Shown piece after piece: positions 46,898 to 58,046 of a stretch of DNA of 64,000 bases (within the stretch, counting starts at the first letter, position 1; the number at the start of each line of letters is the position of its first letter). This DNA comes from a virus (lineage: Duplodnaviria > Caudoviricetes). Below the pieces are notes generated by a model. The model made no database searches, was not told where the DNA came from, and was given only the letters and a program-made list of their open reading frames with translations. The DNA lies in the IMG/VR virus record IMGVR_UViG_3300028482_000001, positions 16,556-80,555 of that record; one strand, written 5' to 3'. Position numbers and translations under genes: made by a program.

Positions 46898-48133
46898 ATG
46901 GGTCAAGGATTAGGCAGAAATTCACCGGTTAAACTTACTTTAGGGAAAGATAATTATTGTGCTTTGATTGAACGCCATGGCCAATGGGTGAGATGGAGAA
47001 TTGCAAATAAATGCTCGTGTGTAAATAAAAATTCAATGCAACCAGATATTCATTGTAAAATTTGTAAAGGAAGAGGTTATACATATACTTTTCAAAAAAG
47101 TCAAATTGGATTTTCAACTGCAATGAATGATGGCTCAAATATTTTTGAAGTTGAAGAACGATTCAAAGATAGTGATTTAATTGAAGTATATGATTTAACA
47201 GGTGAGAGATATGATGCAGAAAAATGGGGGAATTATATAAAAATATTTCCAACTAAACCAATCACAAAAGGAAGTTATGTTACTTTTGTTTTTAGGCAAT
47301 CTATTATAAAAGTTTTAGACAAAATCCAAGTTAATACATTTAAAAATGGGTATTACGAAATTCCTAATTTAGTAAATTTACAACCAACAGTTGATGGCGT
47401 TTATTACAATGCTAAAAGTGATATTGTTTCAATTGAAAAAATTACTGATGCAAACGGTGTGAGTTATCAACCTTTAGAATTTCGATTAAACATGTTTAGA
47501 ATTGAAAATCAAAAACAAATTGTAACAGATCCTGTTACAGGAAACGAAAAAGAAGAAATTTTGCCTATTGAATTGCCATTAACTTTAGAGAAAGTTGAAT
47601 TTATACAACCTTTTATTTTTGCATTATTAAATCAAAATTTAAGCAAATCTGATTTACAACAAGTTATTGATTATCAAGGAGATGCAATTCTTACCTATCC
47701 GTATGAATGTGATGTATCTAACGATGATATTTTAACAGTTTTGGCTGGTTCATACACTAATAAAGAAGTTTTGGTTAGGCAAGATTATGAAACTGATACA
47801 ATAGGGGTTTTCTTTGTATCTGATATAATAAGTTGTTCAATGATAGTTAATGACAAAGAAGTGTTTTTTACAGAAGGTAAAGATTTCATTTTAACAGGAA
47901 CGAATAAAATTAAATGGATTGGCGAGAATTCCCCATCAGAAGGTGATGTATATTCTATTATTTATCGAGTTTTACCAACTTATAAAGTTGTAAAAGATAT
48001 TCCTCAAATTCGAACATCCGAAAATCAAAGATTTCCAAAAAAAGCAGTTGTAAAATTACAAACTACATATAGCGAAAGTGTAGGAATAAATAGACAAGAA
48101 ATTTATTCAAAAGGTTTTGATGGAGCAATGTAA
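46898..48133 (+). CDS. Neck/head-closure protein
   Basis: 'CSC..CKICKGRGY' N-terminus; position in the neck module. Confidence 0.55.
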   Translation: MGQGLGRNSPVKLTLGKDNYCALIERHGQWVRWRIANKCSCVNKNSMQPDIHCKICKGRGYTYTFQKSQIGFSTAMNDGSNIFEVEERFKDSDLIEVYDLTGERYDAEKWGNYIKIFPTKPITKGSYVTFVFRQSIIKVLDKIQVNTFKNGYYEIPNLVNLQPTVDGVYYNAKSDIVSIEKITDANGVSYQPLEFRLNMFRIENQKQIVTDPVTGNEKEEILPIELPLTLEKVEFIQPFIFALLNQNLSKSDLQQVIDYQGDAILTYPYECDVSNDDILTVLAGSYTNKEVLVRQDYETDTIGVFFVSDIISCSMIVNDKEVFFTEGKDFILTGTNKIKWIGENSPSEGDVYSIIYRVLPTYKVVKDIPQIRTSENQRFPKKAVVKLQTTYSESVGINRQEIYSKGFDGAM

Positions 48134-48954
48134 TGCAGTTATTTGAAATTAATTTTTCACAAGATGATATTGATAAACTTGCAGAAGAATTTCCTACAGG
48201 ATTTACAGAGGCCGCATTACCAGGGTTGGCACAACATGTAAAAGGAACTGCGTATAAAATTAAAAACACATGGATTAATTATTTGTTAAAAGAAGAATCT
48301 TTGCCGGGAGTAGAGTTTCTGGAAAAAACAAACAAGAATATGATTGAATCTGTTAAAATTATAAAAAACAGAGATTTTAATTACACTGTTTATTCTGATA
48401 GTGTTGAAATGGAAAAGGCTACAAAAGGAACTGACCCAGTTTATTATGATATGAAAAAAACTCACCCATATGGAAAAAAAAGTAGAGTAAGTAAAAAAGG
48501 TGTTCCTTATTTAATTATACCATTCAGATGGGGCACTCCAAATGGAAAAGATACTAAAAGAAGATGGAATAGTTATATTCCTATGGCAGAATATAATACT
48601 AGCGTAAAAAAACTTGAAAAAAGTATGCGTGCTCCTGATGGCAATGGAAATTATACTCATATAGAAAAAAATTATAAAGGGGAAGATATTGAAAGAAGTA
48701 ATTATTCTTGGGGAGATCGTTTAACGGGGTGGAATGATAGAAGTGCAGGAATGGTACGAATGAAAGATAGCGGGAAAAGTACTTATTGGACTTTCAGAAT
48801 CATTTCTGCAAATTCAAAACAAGGTACTTGGCTATATTGGAAAGACGGACAAAAAGGTGTTAATTTTATTTCCGCATTACGAGAAGTTTATGCAAAAAAA
48901 TATAAAGAAAATTTTGTTACAGCAATGGAAAACGATTTATCTAAATTAGAATAA
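48133..48954 (+). CDS. Neck/tail completion protein
   Basis: Position; 'YDMK..YLIIPFRW..FRIIS' pattern seen in myovirus neck proteins. Confidence 0.5.
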   Translation: MQLFEINFSQDDIDKLAEEFPTGFTEAALPGLAQHVKGTAYKIKNTWINYLLKEESLPGVEFLEKTNKNMIESVKIIKNRDFNYTVYSDSVEMEKATKGTDPVYYDMKKTHPYGKKSRVSKKGVPYLIIPFRWGTPNGKDTKRRWNSYIPMAEYNTSVKKLEKSMRAPDGNGNYTHIEKNYKGEDIERSNYSWGDRLTGWNDRSAGMVRMKDSGKSTYWTFRIISANSKQGTWLYWKDGQKGVNFISALREVYAKKYKENFVTAMENDLSKLE

Positions 48955-49056
48955 TTGACAATTTATGCATAATAAATTAAAATTATTGTATATAGTGTGC
49001 TACAGAAGGCAGCTAGAAATTCAATTTTATTTGAGTTTCTAGCTGCCTTTTTTTTT
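48955..49056 (+). promoter_or_regulatory. Late leader motif copy F
   Basis: TTGACA-17-TAAAAT; agtgtgct-aaggcagctagaaa..tttctagctgcc + T9. Confidence 0.8.
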
Positions 49057-49066
49057 GAGGTTTTAA

Positions 49067-49891
49067 ATGATTTATTATTTAAATATGGGATTTATTATAG
49101 AACAGGCTCTCGTTGATATTGTTAAGAAATATTTAGATCAACAACAATTAGACAAAGTTTATAATAATTTTCATATATCAGTAACAAATGAACATCCTTT
49201 CGCGCATATGATTGTAGATGATCATGCAAGAGCTAGTGATAATTTTCCATCAATTGTAATTTCATCTCAAAGGGATCAAAAACCTTCTGATTTAGCAAAT
49301 ATGCCTGCTCAAGCACAAGGTATTTTTTTAACAGCAAAGGATATTGATTTTATTATTAACAGTACACAAAGAAATAAGATGAAAATTAATTCTAATGGAG
49401 AAAAAGAACTTGTTAAAAAAAATGGAGAAATTGTAAAAGAAAAAATTCCTGGATTCGTACTTGTATATGACGAAAAAACTATTTCTAAATTAAAAGAAAT
49501 AGCAAATTCTAGAACAATAGGCGAAAAAGATGGTGGAATTTGTGGAATTAAAATAGATACAAGAAGGCGTGATAATATATCAATTGAGATTTGGGCTGAA
49601 AATAATCAGTTAAAAAACGAATTGTATGAACATCTTAGATTGTTTATCGCTTCTTCTTTGGAAGAAATTTTGTATAAAACATATGAATTTTTTCATCCAT
49701 CTATTTTTGAAAATAGTGTAATAGGTGAACGAGGTCAGAATTATAATTTTGATTTTGATTGTGTTTTATATGGCAGTCATATTTCTTTTGATGTAGATTA
49801 TGACGTTTCACAAATAATTTTAGATACTGATATTAAAGAAATAAATTATGAAATAATAGGAGAGGTTATAAATCATGTCAAGGAAAATTAA
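49067..49891 (+). CDS. Tail terminator/completion-like protein
   Basis: Position before sheath. Confidence 0.5.
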   Translation: MIYYLNMGFIIEQALVDIVKKYLDQQQLDKVYNNFHISVTNEHPFAHMIVDDHARASDNFPSIVISSQRDQKPSDLANMPAQAQGIFLTAKDIDFIINSTQRNKMKINSNGEKELVKKNGEIVKEKIPGFVLVYDEKTISKLKEIANSRTIGEKDGGICGIKIDTRRRDNISIEIWAENNQLKNELYEHLRLFIASSLEEILYKTYEFFHPSIFENSVIGERGQNYNFDFDCVLYGSHISFDVDYDVSQIILDTDIKEINYEIIGEVINHVKEN

Positions 49892-50168
49892 TACGGAAGA
49901 ATTAAATCAAGAAGTAATTGATCAACAGCTATCTGATATTAAGGCAGATGAAACTGAAAAGAAACTAGGGATAAATAACGCGATAGGAGGAACTTCTGTA
50001 ATGGCAATTTCAGAAAAAACAAAAATCGGAGTTACTAGGTTTTTACAAATTCATCCGCAAGATAAACAGATTGCAAATTTAATGAAGAAAAAATACGCAA
50101 TGAAAGTTTACACTGTTTCACAGTGGGATGAAATTGTACAAGATTTGTTAAACAAAAAAACAAATTAA
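49875..50168 (+). CDS. Hypothetical protein
   Basis: Operon-coupled ORF before sheath. Confidence 0.55.
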   Translation: MSRKINTEELNQEVIDQQLSDIKADETEKKLGINNAIGGTSVMAISEKTKIGVTRFLQIHPQDKQIANLMKKKYAMKVYTVSQWDEIVQDLLNKKTN

Positions 50169-50185
50169 TAATTAAGGAGGGAAAA

Positions 50186-51898
50186 ATGGGTGTAGGTCCA
50201 GCTATTTTTGAAAGTGCAGGGAAAAGAACTGAACATTTTGTTCCAGGTTCTTACTCACGATCTAATAATGTAACTTCTCCATCAGGTGTTTCAGCAGGTA
50301 ACTTATGTATTATCGGTACTGCGAGTAGTGGAAAGCCAAAAAATGTATATGAGTTTGCTACAATTGGTGATGCACAAACAGTTTTAGGGAGTGGAGAATT
50401 GCTTGAAGGTGTTGCATTTGCTTTTTCTGGCTCAAATGAATATGTGCCACAAAAAGTAATGGCAATTCGAGTAAACAAAGGAACACAAGGTAAAGCTACT
50501 TTAAAAAGTGGAGATGTTGATGTATTAACATTGACTGCTTGGGATTATTCGGCGCAAACAAATCAGCTTAAAATTAAAGTAGAAGATGGTTCTATCGAAA
50601 AATCAAAAAAAGTTACTGTAGTGTTCAAAGATTCTGTAATTGAACATGATAATATTATCAAACCGTCTTTACAAGTAATTGGAACTTGTGAGCAACCAAC
50701 AGTAACAATTAATAACGATTCAATGATTTTGAGTGGTACTGATGAAGAAGGCGGTGCAATAACAGAAATAATCAAGTTTGACGATTTTCCAACTATTACA
50801 GATATTGTAACAAAAATCAATGATACTGATTATTTCACAGCAATTTCACAAGATACAGATGAAAAATCATTGTCAAAGGAATTAGATACTGTTTCAAGTA
50901 TTGATATTTCAGAACCTGTAATTTTATATTCAAATTTCAAAGTTTTTAAGGACGTGCTTTCATCAATTGAATATATTGCAGCAGTTGAAGATAATGGACA
51001 AACAAGAACTGTTCCAGATAATAGCTCGTTTGTTTATTTTACTGGAGGCTCTAGTACACCTGCTACAATTGAAGATTGGAGTGATGCCTTAGCCGAACTT
51101 GAAGCACATGACATTCAAATTATTGCAACTCCATCAACTGATGAAGATGTACAAGTTTTAATTGCTAACCATTGTACTACAATGTCGTCAACAATTAATC
51201 GAAAAGAAAGAACTTGTTGGCTTGGTGGTCCAATCAATCAAACAGATGAAGAAGCATTAACTAAAGCGCGAGAATTTAATAATAAACTAGTATCATATGC
51301 TGCAGACACTGTTATTGTTGCAAATCCAATTACTGGCGCAACACAGACAGCACCAGGTGCAAAGTTAGCTTGTATGTTGGCAGGAATTGAAAGTTCAATC
51401 TCAATTAATATGCCTTTGACAAACAAAACTCTTAAAGTACTTGGTTTTGCAAAAACTCGCCAACTTCCAAATATGGAAAAACTTATCAAAGGTGGTGTAG
51501 TTGTGTGTAATCCATCGCCTGATGATGTTTCTAATTTTGTTGTCATACGATCATTAACAACTTATCAGTCAGAAGATTTAATTTCAAATGAACGCTCAAT
51601 GACACGAGAAGATTTGTATATGAATCGAGATTTGCGAAAAAGATTTGCAAGACCTGTAGGCTCGCCAAATGTATTAAGTACTGCATCTATATTAGCAACT
51701 TTGAATGATGCTGCTAAAGATTGGGCAAGTGCAGGACTTATTATTCCATCGGATAGCAATGAAAATGTTTGGAATAAATCAGTTAAAATTGACGGGGATA
51801 AAATTTATATTACCTTCGCAAGATATTTAACTGCGCCACTCAATTTTGCTTTTATTACAGCTACTAATCACGTTTATAAATCAACAGTTGAAGTATAG
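50186..51898 (+). CDS. Contractile tail sheath protein
   Basis: 'PGSYS..IIG.A.SG.P..' N-terminus and 'IVRSLTTY..ERS' C-terminus; 570 aa. Confidence 0.9.
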   Translation: MGVGPAIFESAGKRTEHFVPGSYSRSNNVTSPSGVSAGNLCIIGTASSGKPKNVYEFATIGDAQTVLGSGELLEGVAFAFSGSNEYVPQKVMAIRVNKGTQGKATLKSGDVDVLTLTAWDYSAQTNQLKIKVEDGSIEKSKKVTVVFKDSVIEHDNIIKPSLQVIGTCEQPTVTINNDSMILSGTDEEGGAITEIIKFDDFPTITDIVTKINDTDYFTAISQDTDEKSLSKELDTVSSIDISEPVILYSNFKVFKDVLSSIEYIAAVEDNGQTRTVPDNSSFVYFTGGSSTPATIEDWSDALAELEAHDIQIIATPSTDEDVQVLIANHCTTMSSTINRKERTCWLGGPINQTDEEALTKAREFNNKLVSYAADTVIVANPITGATQTAPGAKLACMLAGIESSISINMPLTNKTLKVLGFAKTRQLPNMEKLIKGGVVVCNPSPDDVSNFVVIRSLTTYQSEDLISNERSMTREDLYMNRDLRKRFARPVGSPNVLSTASILATLNDAAKDWASAGLIIPSDSNENVWNKSVKIDGDKIYITFARYLTAPLNFAFITATNHVYKSTVEV

Positions 51899-51908
51899 GA
51901 GATGAAAA

Positions 51909-52442
51909 ATGCCAGGAAATAGTAACGCAGCATCTAAATTAATGTATGGTGTAGGACAGCATGCTGTTGCCATTGGTACATCGTGTTGGGTTAGAGTTGG
52001 TTCAACTGCGGCAGATGCTAAAGAAGTTGGTATGGTTGATTCCATGAGAGCAACAAAAAATATTCAACTTCAAAGGGCTCAAGTATGTGGTGCAATTATG
52101 CCCGCATCAATTGATCCACAATCAATTTCAGTGTCATTAAACCTTTCAGGATTTCTAGCAGTTCCTGCTATGTATAATGAAGGTATTACAATTAATGGTG
52201 CAGGAACTTATTCATTAGAATCATTTAATCCAGATTCAGAAGATTTTATCAATGGGGAAATCCCAACAAAATTTGATTATATGGATTTTTATGACAAAAA
52301 GACAGGTTTGATTTTAGCGTCATTTAAAGATGTAATTCCATCTAGTTTTGGAATTACTGTTAATGCAGGCTCATATGTGAAGGCAGATATTTCAGCAGAA
52401 GGACTATATATGTCTAGCGGTGCTGCATATCTTGAACAATAA
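51909..52442 (+). CDS. Tail tube protein
   Basis: 177 aa directly after sheath; beta-rich. Confidence 0.75.
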   Translation: MPGNSNAASKLMYGVGQHAVAIGTSCWVRVGSTAADAKEVGMVDSMRATKNIQLQRAQVCGAIMPASIDPQSISVSLNLSGFLAVPAMYNEGITINGAGTYSLESFNPDSEDFINGEIPTKFDYMDFYDKKTGLILASFKDVIPSSFGITVNAGSYVKADISAEGLYMSSGAAYLEQ

Positions 52443-52494
52443 CTTAATGGGGCGTTTTTACGCCCTATCATTATAAAAAAAACAAGGTGAAAAT

Positions 52495-53004
52495 ATGGAA
52501 ATTAAAGAATTACCAAAAATTAATGATGTTGAATTAACAGAAAATGAAAAAGAAAATCTTTTCAATAATATTATTAGAGGGAAAGATGTTACTGAAAAAA
52601 TTGAAACAAGTCGAGGAGTTTTTGAAGTAAAATATCCTCGCGTAGATGATTTAGAAAAGATTGGAAGAATTCTAGCATATAAGTTAGGAAATGCAACAAT
52701 TGATACAATGGATAAAGGGATTTATGCTTTAATGTCGCAAACGGCAACATTAGATGTTATCGTTCTTTCAGGTCCGGCTTGGTTTGAAAACGCAAAAAAA
52801 GAAACTAATTTTACATGGAGCGACATCCCATTAGAAAGTTTCATTTCGGAGGTGTACGCAAAAGCGTACAAATTTCGGATTGAAGTACAAAACATACTTG
52901 AAGGGAATACGCAAGAAGGAAATAAAGGAATGGCTGCCAATAACAACAATGTTAATGTTGATAAGCCAAGCCTCTTTGAAGGGTTGGCAGATTCCACCGA
53001 ATAA
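52495..53004 (+). CDS. Tail assembly chaperone
   Basis: Between tube and tape measure. Confidence 0.7.
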   Translation: MEIKELPKINDVELTENEKENLFNNIIRGKDVTEKIETSRGVFEVKYPRVDDLEKIGRILAYKLGNATIDTMDKGIYALMSQTATLDVIVLSGPAWFENAKKETNFTWSDIPLESFISEVYAKAYKFRIEVQNILEGNTQEGNKGMAANNNNVNVDKPSLFEGLADSTE

Positions 53005-53179
53005 AATAGACGATGATTATGCATATATATGTGGTGAATTTGCATTAAACTATTCTGTAGATGCAATGCGATACACATATTTAGAAGCAAAAGAAAAAGC
53101 AAAAAATGAAGTTGATGCTGATAAATTACGCGAATTAGGTTATACAGAGGAACAAATTGCGAAAACGAAAATAAAATAA
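52880..53179 (+). CDS. Overlapping second chaperone ORF
   Basis: Overlaps the chaperone 3' end in the +1 frame and ends just before the tape measure. Confidence 0.45.
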   Translation: MKYKTYLKGIRKKEIKEWLPITTMLMLISQASLKGWQIPPNKIDDDYAYICGEFALNYSVDAMRYTYLEAKEKAKNEVDADKLRELGYTEEQIAKTKIK

Positions 53180-53193
53180 TGGGGTGAGAATAA

Positions 53194-55245
53194 ATGGCGT
53201 TGTCGATTGATGTTGGATTAAATATTGCAGGTGTAAGACAAGGGATTGAAGAAATAAAATCGTTAGTAAATGGAATAAATAATTTACCACTTACTTCTAA
53301 TGATAATAAAAACCCCATTGTGATGCCTAAAATTACAATTAAACCAACGCCTTTACTCGAACCAGAATTTGGACCTGTCGACAGACCTATGACATATTTA
53401 GGCAAAAGAGAACAAAGTAAATATCTTATTGATGGGATTACATCTTTAACCAAAGCAATAGAAGATAATACAGCAGGACTTAACAATAATAGACCTGAAA
53501 AAAAAGAACAAGACAGGAAATTGTTTTCCGGTGAAAATTTAAAAAATATTGCACAACTTGTGAATATAGGCACAGGAATTTATACTGCGATGGCTCAATA
53601 CGAAACATCTCAAACACGAAAAAGGATAAGACAAATGAATGCAGATCCTTATGGTGCAATGATTGAAGATGTTAGTGGAAGAGGGCAACGTGGGAATACT
53701 ATAGCTCAAACTATTGGAAATGTGATTGGAATTGGAGCAAGTTTTTCGCCATTAGGACCATTGGGTGGAATGTTAATTTCACAAATAATCAATAATATTT
53801 CCGGTTCAATAATCAATGCCAATACTCAAAAAGAGATTGCTGCAATTCAAGAACGACAAACAAAAGTAGATAAATATGTTAGTAGATTAGGAGTAATGGA
53901 TGAATCTTACATGAGATACGGTTTAACGTCTAATATGTGGGATGTGCAAAAATCATTACTTAAAAGTTCAAAAGGCACAGGACTAGATATTGATGAATTT
54001 ATGAACTATGCTAATATGTTTGGTCAATATGGAATTTCATCTGTTGGGGAAGCTGGAAAATTAACAAATGCCGCCATACTTGCAAGTAGATATACAGGTG
54101 CAGATAGAACGTCATTAATTAATTATTTAGGTACTCAAAGCCGATATGGGCAGGGAAATGCTATTAGTAATATGAATTACGCCTATAGTGCGGCTGTAGC
54201 AAGTGGATTACAACGAAATCAATACGGAGAATTTTTAGATGGTTTACAATCTGTAATCGAAAATGGCATCTCAAAGGGTTACATAAAATCAACTAAAGAA
54301 GTTTCTGATACAATGGTTATGTTTAATAAACTTTCTGATAATAGCCCATTTTGGCAAGGACAACAAGGTTTTCAACGGTTAAATTCTATTAATAATGGAT
54401 TAGCAAATGCTACTAATTTATCAAGTAATTCACAAGTTTTAGTTTTTAGAGCTTTACAGGGATTAAGTGGTGGGGATGCAATAAACACTTTCAAACTAAT
54501 GGAAGAAGGTTTAACTCCAGAAACATTTAAGGCTCTGTCTAACACGATGCAAAACATGTATGGCTATAGCAGAGAAGAACAAATAGCCGCTTGGAAACAA
54601 ATTTCAGGATTAAACTATACAAGTGCAGAACAACTTTATAAAATGAGTATTAGTGGGAAAGATTATACAGCTCAAGAATTTAAACAACTTACCGCTAATC
54701 AAAATATTAAAACAGAACAAACTGCTGTAAAAGATTCTTTAAATAATATAGCAGTTCAAGTTTCTGAATGGGGTTCAAAATATTTCCCTGAATATATTTC
54801 ATTGCTTGGTCAAATAGTAGAAAACACAGGTGGAGAAAAGCCTGTTGTTAATTACGATGGGAAAGATTTAAAATTAGCTAATAACAAAAAACTAAAAGGA
54901 ACACTAAATGGTAAAGATGTAATTTCTCGTGGTGATATGGATGAATTTCTTTCTGCTTATTTTAATGCATCTTATAGTGAAGAACAACGGAAATATTTAA
55001 ATTCAAGAGAAGATTTTAATACTAATTTTGGCAATTTACTCGCAGAAGCAAATAATTTAGGATCATCAAAGGCTTACAATGAATATTCAACAGCTAGCGA
55101 AAAGGATAAAGGGCGTTTGCGTCCAATGGCCATTGAAGAAAACGAAAGAAACCATGAAATTTTAGCAATGTTAGTAGAACAGCTTAAAATACTTGTTGAA
55201 AACGAAGGGAAAAAACCTGCTGTTATTACAATGCCTAAAAGATAG
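53194..55245 (+). CDS. Tape measure protein
   Basis: Helical Ala/Gly/Asn-rich 683-aa ORF after the chaperones. Confidence 0.8.
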   Translation: MALSIDVGLNIAGVRQGIEEIKSLVNGINNLPLTSNDNKNPIVMPKITIKPTPLLEPEFGPVDRPMTYLGKREQSKYLIDGITSLTKAIEDNTAGLNNNRPEKKEQDRKLFSGENLKNIAQLVNIGTGIYTAMAQYETSQTRKRIRQMNADPYGAMIEDVSGRGQRGNTIAQTIGNVIGIGASFSPLGPLGGMLISQIINNISGSIINANTQKEIAAIQERQTKVDKYVSRLGVMDESYMRYGLTSNMWDVQKSLLKSSKGTGLDIDEFMNYANMFGQYGISSVGEAGKLTNAAILASRYTGADRTSLINYLGTQSRYGQGNAISNMNYAYSAAVASGLQRNQYGEFLDGLQSVIENGISKGYIKSTKEVSDTMVMFNKLSDNSPFWQGQQGFQRLNSINNGLANATNLSSNSQVLVFRALQGLSGGDAINTFKLMEEGLTPETFKALSNTMQNMYGYSREEQIAAWKQISGLNYTSAEQLYKMSISGKDYTAQEFKQLTANQNIKTEQTAVKDSLNNIAVQVSEWGSKYFPEYISLLGQIVENTGGEKPVVNYDGKDLKLANNKKLKGTLNGKDVISRGDMDEFLSAYFNASYSEEQRKYLNSREDFNTNFGNLLAEANNLGSSKAYNEYSTASEKDKGRLRPMAIEENERNHEILAMLVEQLKILVENEGKKPAVITMPKR

Positions 55246-55328
55246 ATAATTGACAAAGATTTTAAACTAATATAAAATTTTACTAAGTAGTGTGTTTTGA
55301 AAAAACAGCTATCACAAAGAGGGTATTG

Positions 55329-56882
55329 ATGTTCAGTGATAGTATGCAAGTTAAGATAAACACACCAGATTTTAAAATTAGTATTGGTGATTACCTTGCT
55401 AATTTTGACGATACAAATAAAGAATCATACGAACAAACAACAGGCGATAGAGATCCTACTGCTCTAGGATTAAAGCCTTATTATGAATTTTCTCCAATAT
55501 CCACATATTTTAGTGGAACAAATGTTTTATCTTATTCTTTTTCTAACACAGTTTCAGATATTGAATCTCAATTTTCAATAACAATAAAAGAAGATACAAA
55601 AACAAACAGTGGTGAATATTTTTTAGATAAAGTAAAAGAACTTGATGTGGTTCAAATTACTGAAAATGGGGAAAGTGTTTTTTGGGGAGTTATTAGAACA
55701 ATTTCTTTTGGAGCAACTGCAGGAGCTTTTAACAAAGTTATAACAATTTCAGGTGTTTCTGCAAGTTCACTTCTCAAAATGTTTAAAATTCACACAGATT
55801 TATCAATCATACAGTCTTTTGTTTCCGATACTTCAAATTCTGAATTAACAAGAAGAATAACAAATTTATTTTTAAATAAAAATAACACTGATGGCGTTGA
55901 TGTGATGGAAATTTTTAGATTAGTTTATCTTAATTTCTATTATGTATCAAATGGGTTTGTTTATAAAAATAAAAAATGGAAGAAAAATAACAATAGAAAA
56001 GTAGTTGCAAGTACAAAAATTCAGCGTTTGTTTAATTTTATTTTTGGTGTTGTTCATGATGACAATGATGGAGAAAGCTACAACTTAGCGAAAGGCAAGA
56101 AATTAGGCCATAAAAAGCCTGTAGAGTTTTTAGACTGTGATTTAAAAATGAAATATCAAATTGCAAGAAACTTATATAACGAAACTGAATGTAGTGTTTA
56201 TTCTTATTTTGATGAAATGTTTCCTAGAGAGTTATATGAATTTTATTGTGATTTAAAAACGAACACATTTTACATCCGGGAAAAACCATATGCAAAGGAT
56301 AAATGGGAGGGGCTCACAAAAACTATTATTAATCCTGCGTTGATTACAGATTATACGCTGACAAAAACAGATACAAATATTTATACTGCATTTTTTTCTT
56401 ATCCGCAAGGTTCAACTTTAGATAGCTCAACATTTAAAGTTATCAACTCGACAGGAAAGAACGGTAATAGTGTTGTACAAGTTGTAGAGGAATTAGTTGA
56501 GTTATATGGATTCATCCCATTTGATTGTTCGATAACAGGGTATATCCCATCAAAAAATAAAAGTGTTAAAACAGTTGATATTTCTAAAGAGTACTCAACT
56601 AAATTAAAAGAAGCATACGAAAATTTACGTGATATGTATTCAGGTGATGTAACATTTATTAATTTAAATGATGGAACTAAAAAGCCAACTATTGGGGAAA
56701 AAGTTGAACTTTGTAATAACGAATTTTATGTTACGGAAGAACAACATTCTTGGAGTTATAACGGACCATGTAAAATTAATTTAAAACTTGAACGTGGTGG
56801 AAAATATAAAGATGGAGAATTTTGCAAAAATGAAAAACAAAATTTATCAAAAACTTGGGCGGAATTATTGGAGAAAGAATAA
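55329..56882 (+). CDS. Baseplate hub/tail protein
   Basis: 'VFWGVIRTIS..ITISG', C-terminal 'FYVTEEQHSWS..LKLERG'. Confidence 0.7.
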   Translation: MFSDSMQVKINTPDFKISIGDYLANFDDTNKESYEQTTGDRDPTALGLKPYYEFSPISTYFSGTNVLSYSFSNTVSDIESQFSITIKEDTKTNSGEYFLDKVKELDVVQITENGESVFWGVIRTISFGATAGAFNKVITISGVSASSLLKMFKIHTDLSIIQSFVSDTSNSELTRRITNLFLNKNNTDGVDVMEIFRLVYLNFYYVSNGFVYKNKKWKKNNNRKVVASTKIQRLFNFIFGVVHDDNDGESYNLAKGKKLGHKKPVEFLDCDLKMKYQIARNLYNETECSVYSYFDEMFPRELYEFYCDLKTNTFYIREKPYAKDKWEGLTKTIINPALITDYTLTKTDTNIYTAFFSYPQGSTLDSSTFKVINSTGKNGNSVVQVVEELVELYGFIPFDCSITGYIPSKNKSVKTVDISKEYSTKLKEAYENLRDMYSGDVTFINLNDGTKKPTIGEKVELCNNEFYVTEEQHSWSYNGPCKINLKLERGGKYKDGEFCKNEKQNLSKTWAELLEKE

Positions 56883-57620
56883 ATGGAAATAAATTATCAT
56901 TACGAACATGCAATGCCAACTCAACTACAATCTCACCAACGATATAACAATAGGATTGGCTTTTGGGGAGATGTTAGTGAAGTTAATTCTAGCACTAATA
57001 CATGTACAGTTATTAGCGACCAGGGATTAGAATTTCAAGGAATTCAAATTGCTACTCGTGAATGGATAAATGCTGATAAAAATAAAGATTATGTCTGTTG
57101 TGAGAAAAATTTACCTACAATTGGATCGCGTGTTTTTGTTTTAGTTCCTAATAATAATATCACATCAGCATTCGTATTGTGCTCTGGTTATCCAATAAAT
57201 GAAAACGACACACAAGTTTTATTTACTAAAGTTGATGAAAATAAAACAGATGAGGAAAATCAAAAAGAAATCGAGAAAAAAAATATAATCAGAGAAAAAA
57301 TAACACAGAGTGGATGGTATATTTCAGAAAATTATGAAACAGGAAATTTGCTTTTTGAAAGTAATGATAAAACGATTCTATTAGAAATAAATATAAATAA
57401 GGATGATGAAAATTCAAAAGAAAAAGAGATTTTGGTAAAAGTTTGGGATAATGAAATTAAAATCATTCCTGATGATAAAGAAATAAAATTAAATATCTTA
57501 GAAAATCATTTTTCCATAAAGGAAAACGAGTTTGAAATAGAAAATAAAGATAATTTAATTCAAGTTAATTCAAAAGGCGTGAATATTAATAATTATCTGT
57601 CAATAAGTGCAAAGGAGTAG
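56883..57620 (+). CDS. Baseplate spike (gpV-like)
   Basis: OB-fold-like N-terminus 'FWGDVSEVN..LPTIGSRVFVL' plus beta-repeat C-terminus. Confidence 0.65.
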   Translation: MEINYHYEHAMPTQLQSHQRYNNRIGFWGDVSEVNSSTNTCTVISDQGLEFQGIQIATREWINADKNKDYVCCEKNLPTIGSRVFVLVPNNNITSAFVLCSGYPINENDTQVLFTKVDENKTDEENQKEIEKKNIIREKITQSGWYISENYETGNLLFESNDKTILLEININKDDENSKEKEILVKVWDNEIKIIPDDKEIKLNILENHFSIKENEFEIENKDNLIQVNSKGVNINNYLSISAKE

Positions 57621-57623
57621 TTT

Positions 57624-58046
57624 ATGTTATTTTGCGCAACATCTAAATATAAACTTAAATGTGTAGATTCTCTTAATGTACCTGTTGATATAGAAAATTG
57701 TGCAATAATTACTCCTGAATTATCTTCTAATATAAAGGTTGATTCAAACCCTGTTTTATTGAGTTTATCCATTCAAATTACAGGTGCTCAAACATCTTTA
57801 ATTACAGATAAAAATGGCACATCACAAACTGTTTCTACATTAGTAGGAACAAGTAAAAGGGTAAATAATCAGAATAAAAAAATATGTTTAGCTGATAAAA
57901 ATGTGATGGGCTTAACAAATATAAGGACAAGTAACGTGTCTATGTGTGAAGTTGTAATTTCGGGTACAAGTGGTTCAAATCCTGCAACAGATACATTGAC
58001 AATTTGGGTAAGTGATGCTGGGCAAGATAAAGTAGAGGTAGAATAA
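57624..58046 (+). CDS. Possible spike-tip protein
   Basis: Small beta-rich ORF after the spike. Confidence 0.4.
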   Translation: MLFCATSKYKLKCVDSLNVPVDIENCAIITPELSSNIKVDSNPVLLSLSIQITGAQTSLITDKNGTSQTVSTLVGTSKRVNNQNKKICLADKNVMGLTNIRTSNVSMCEVVISGTSGSNPATDTLTIWVSDAGQDKVEVE

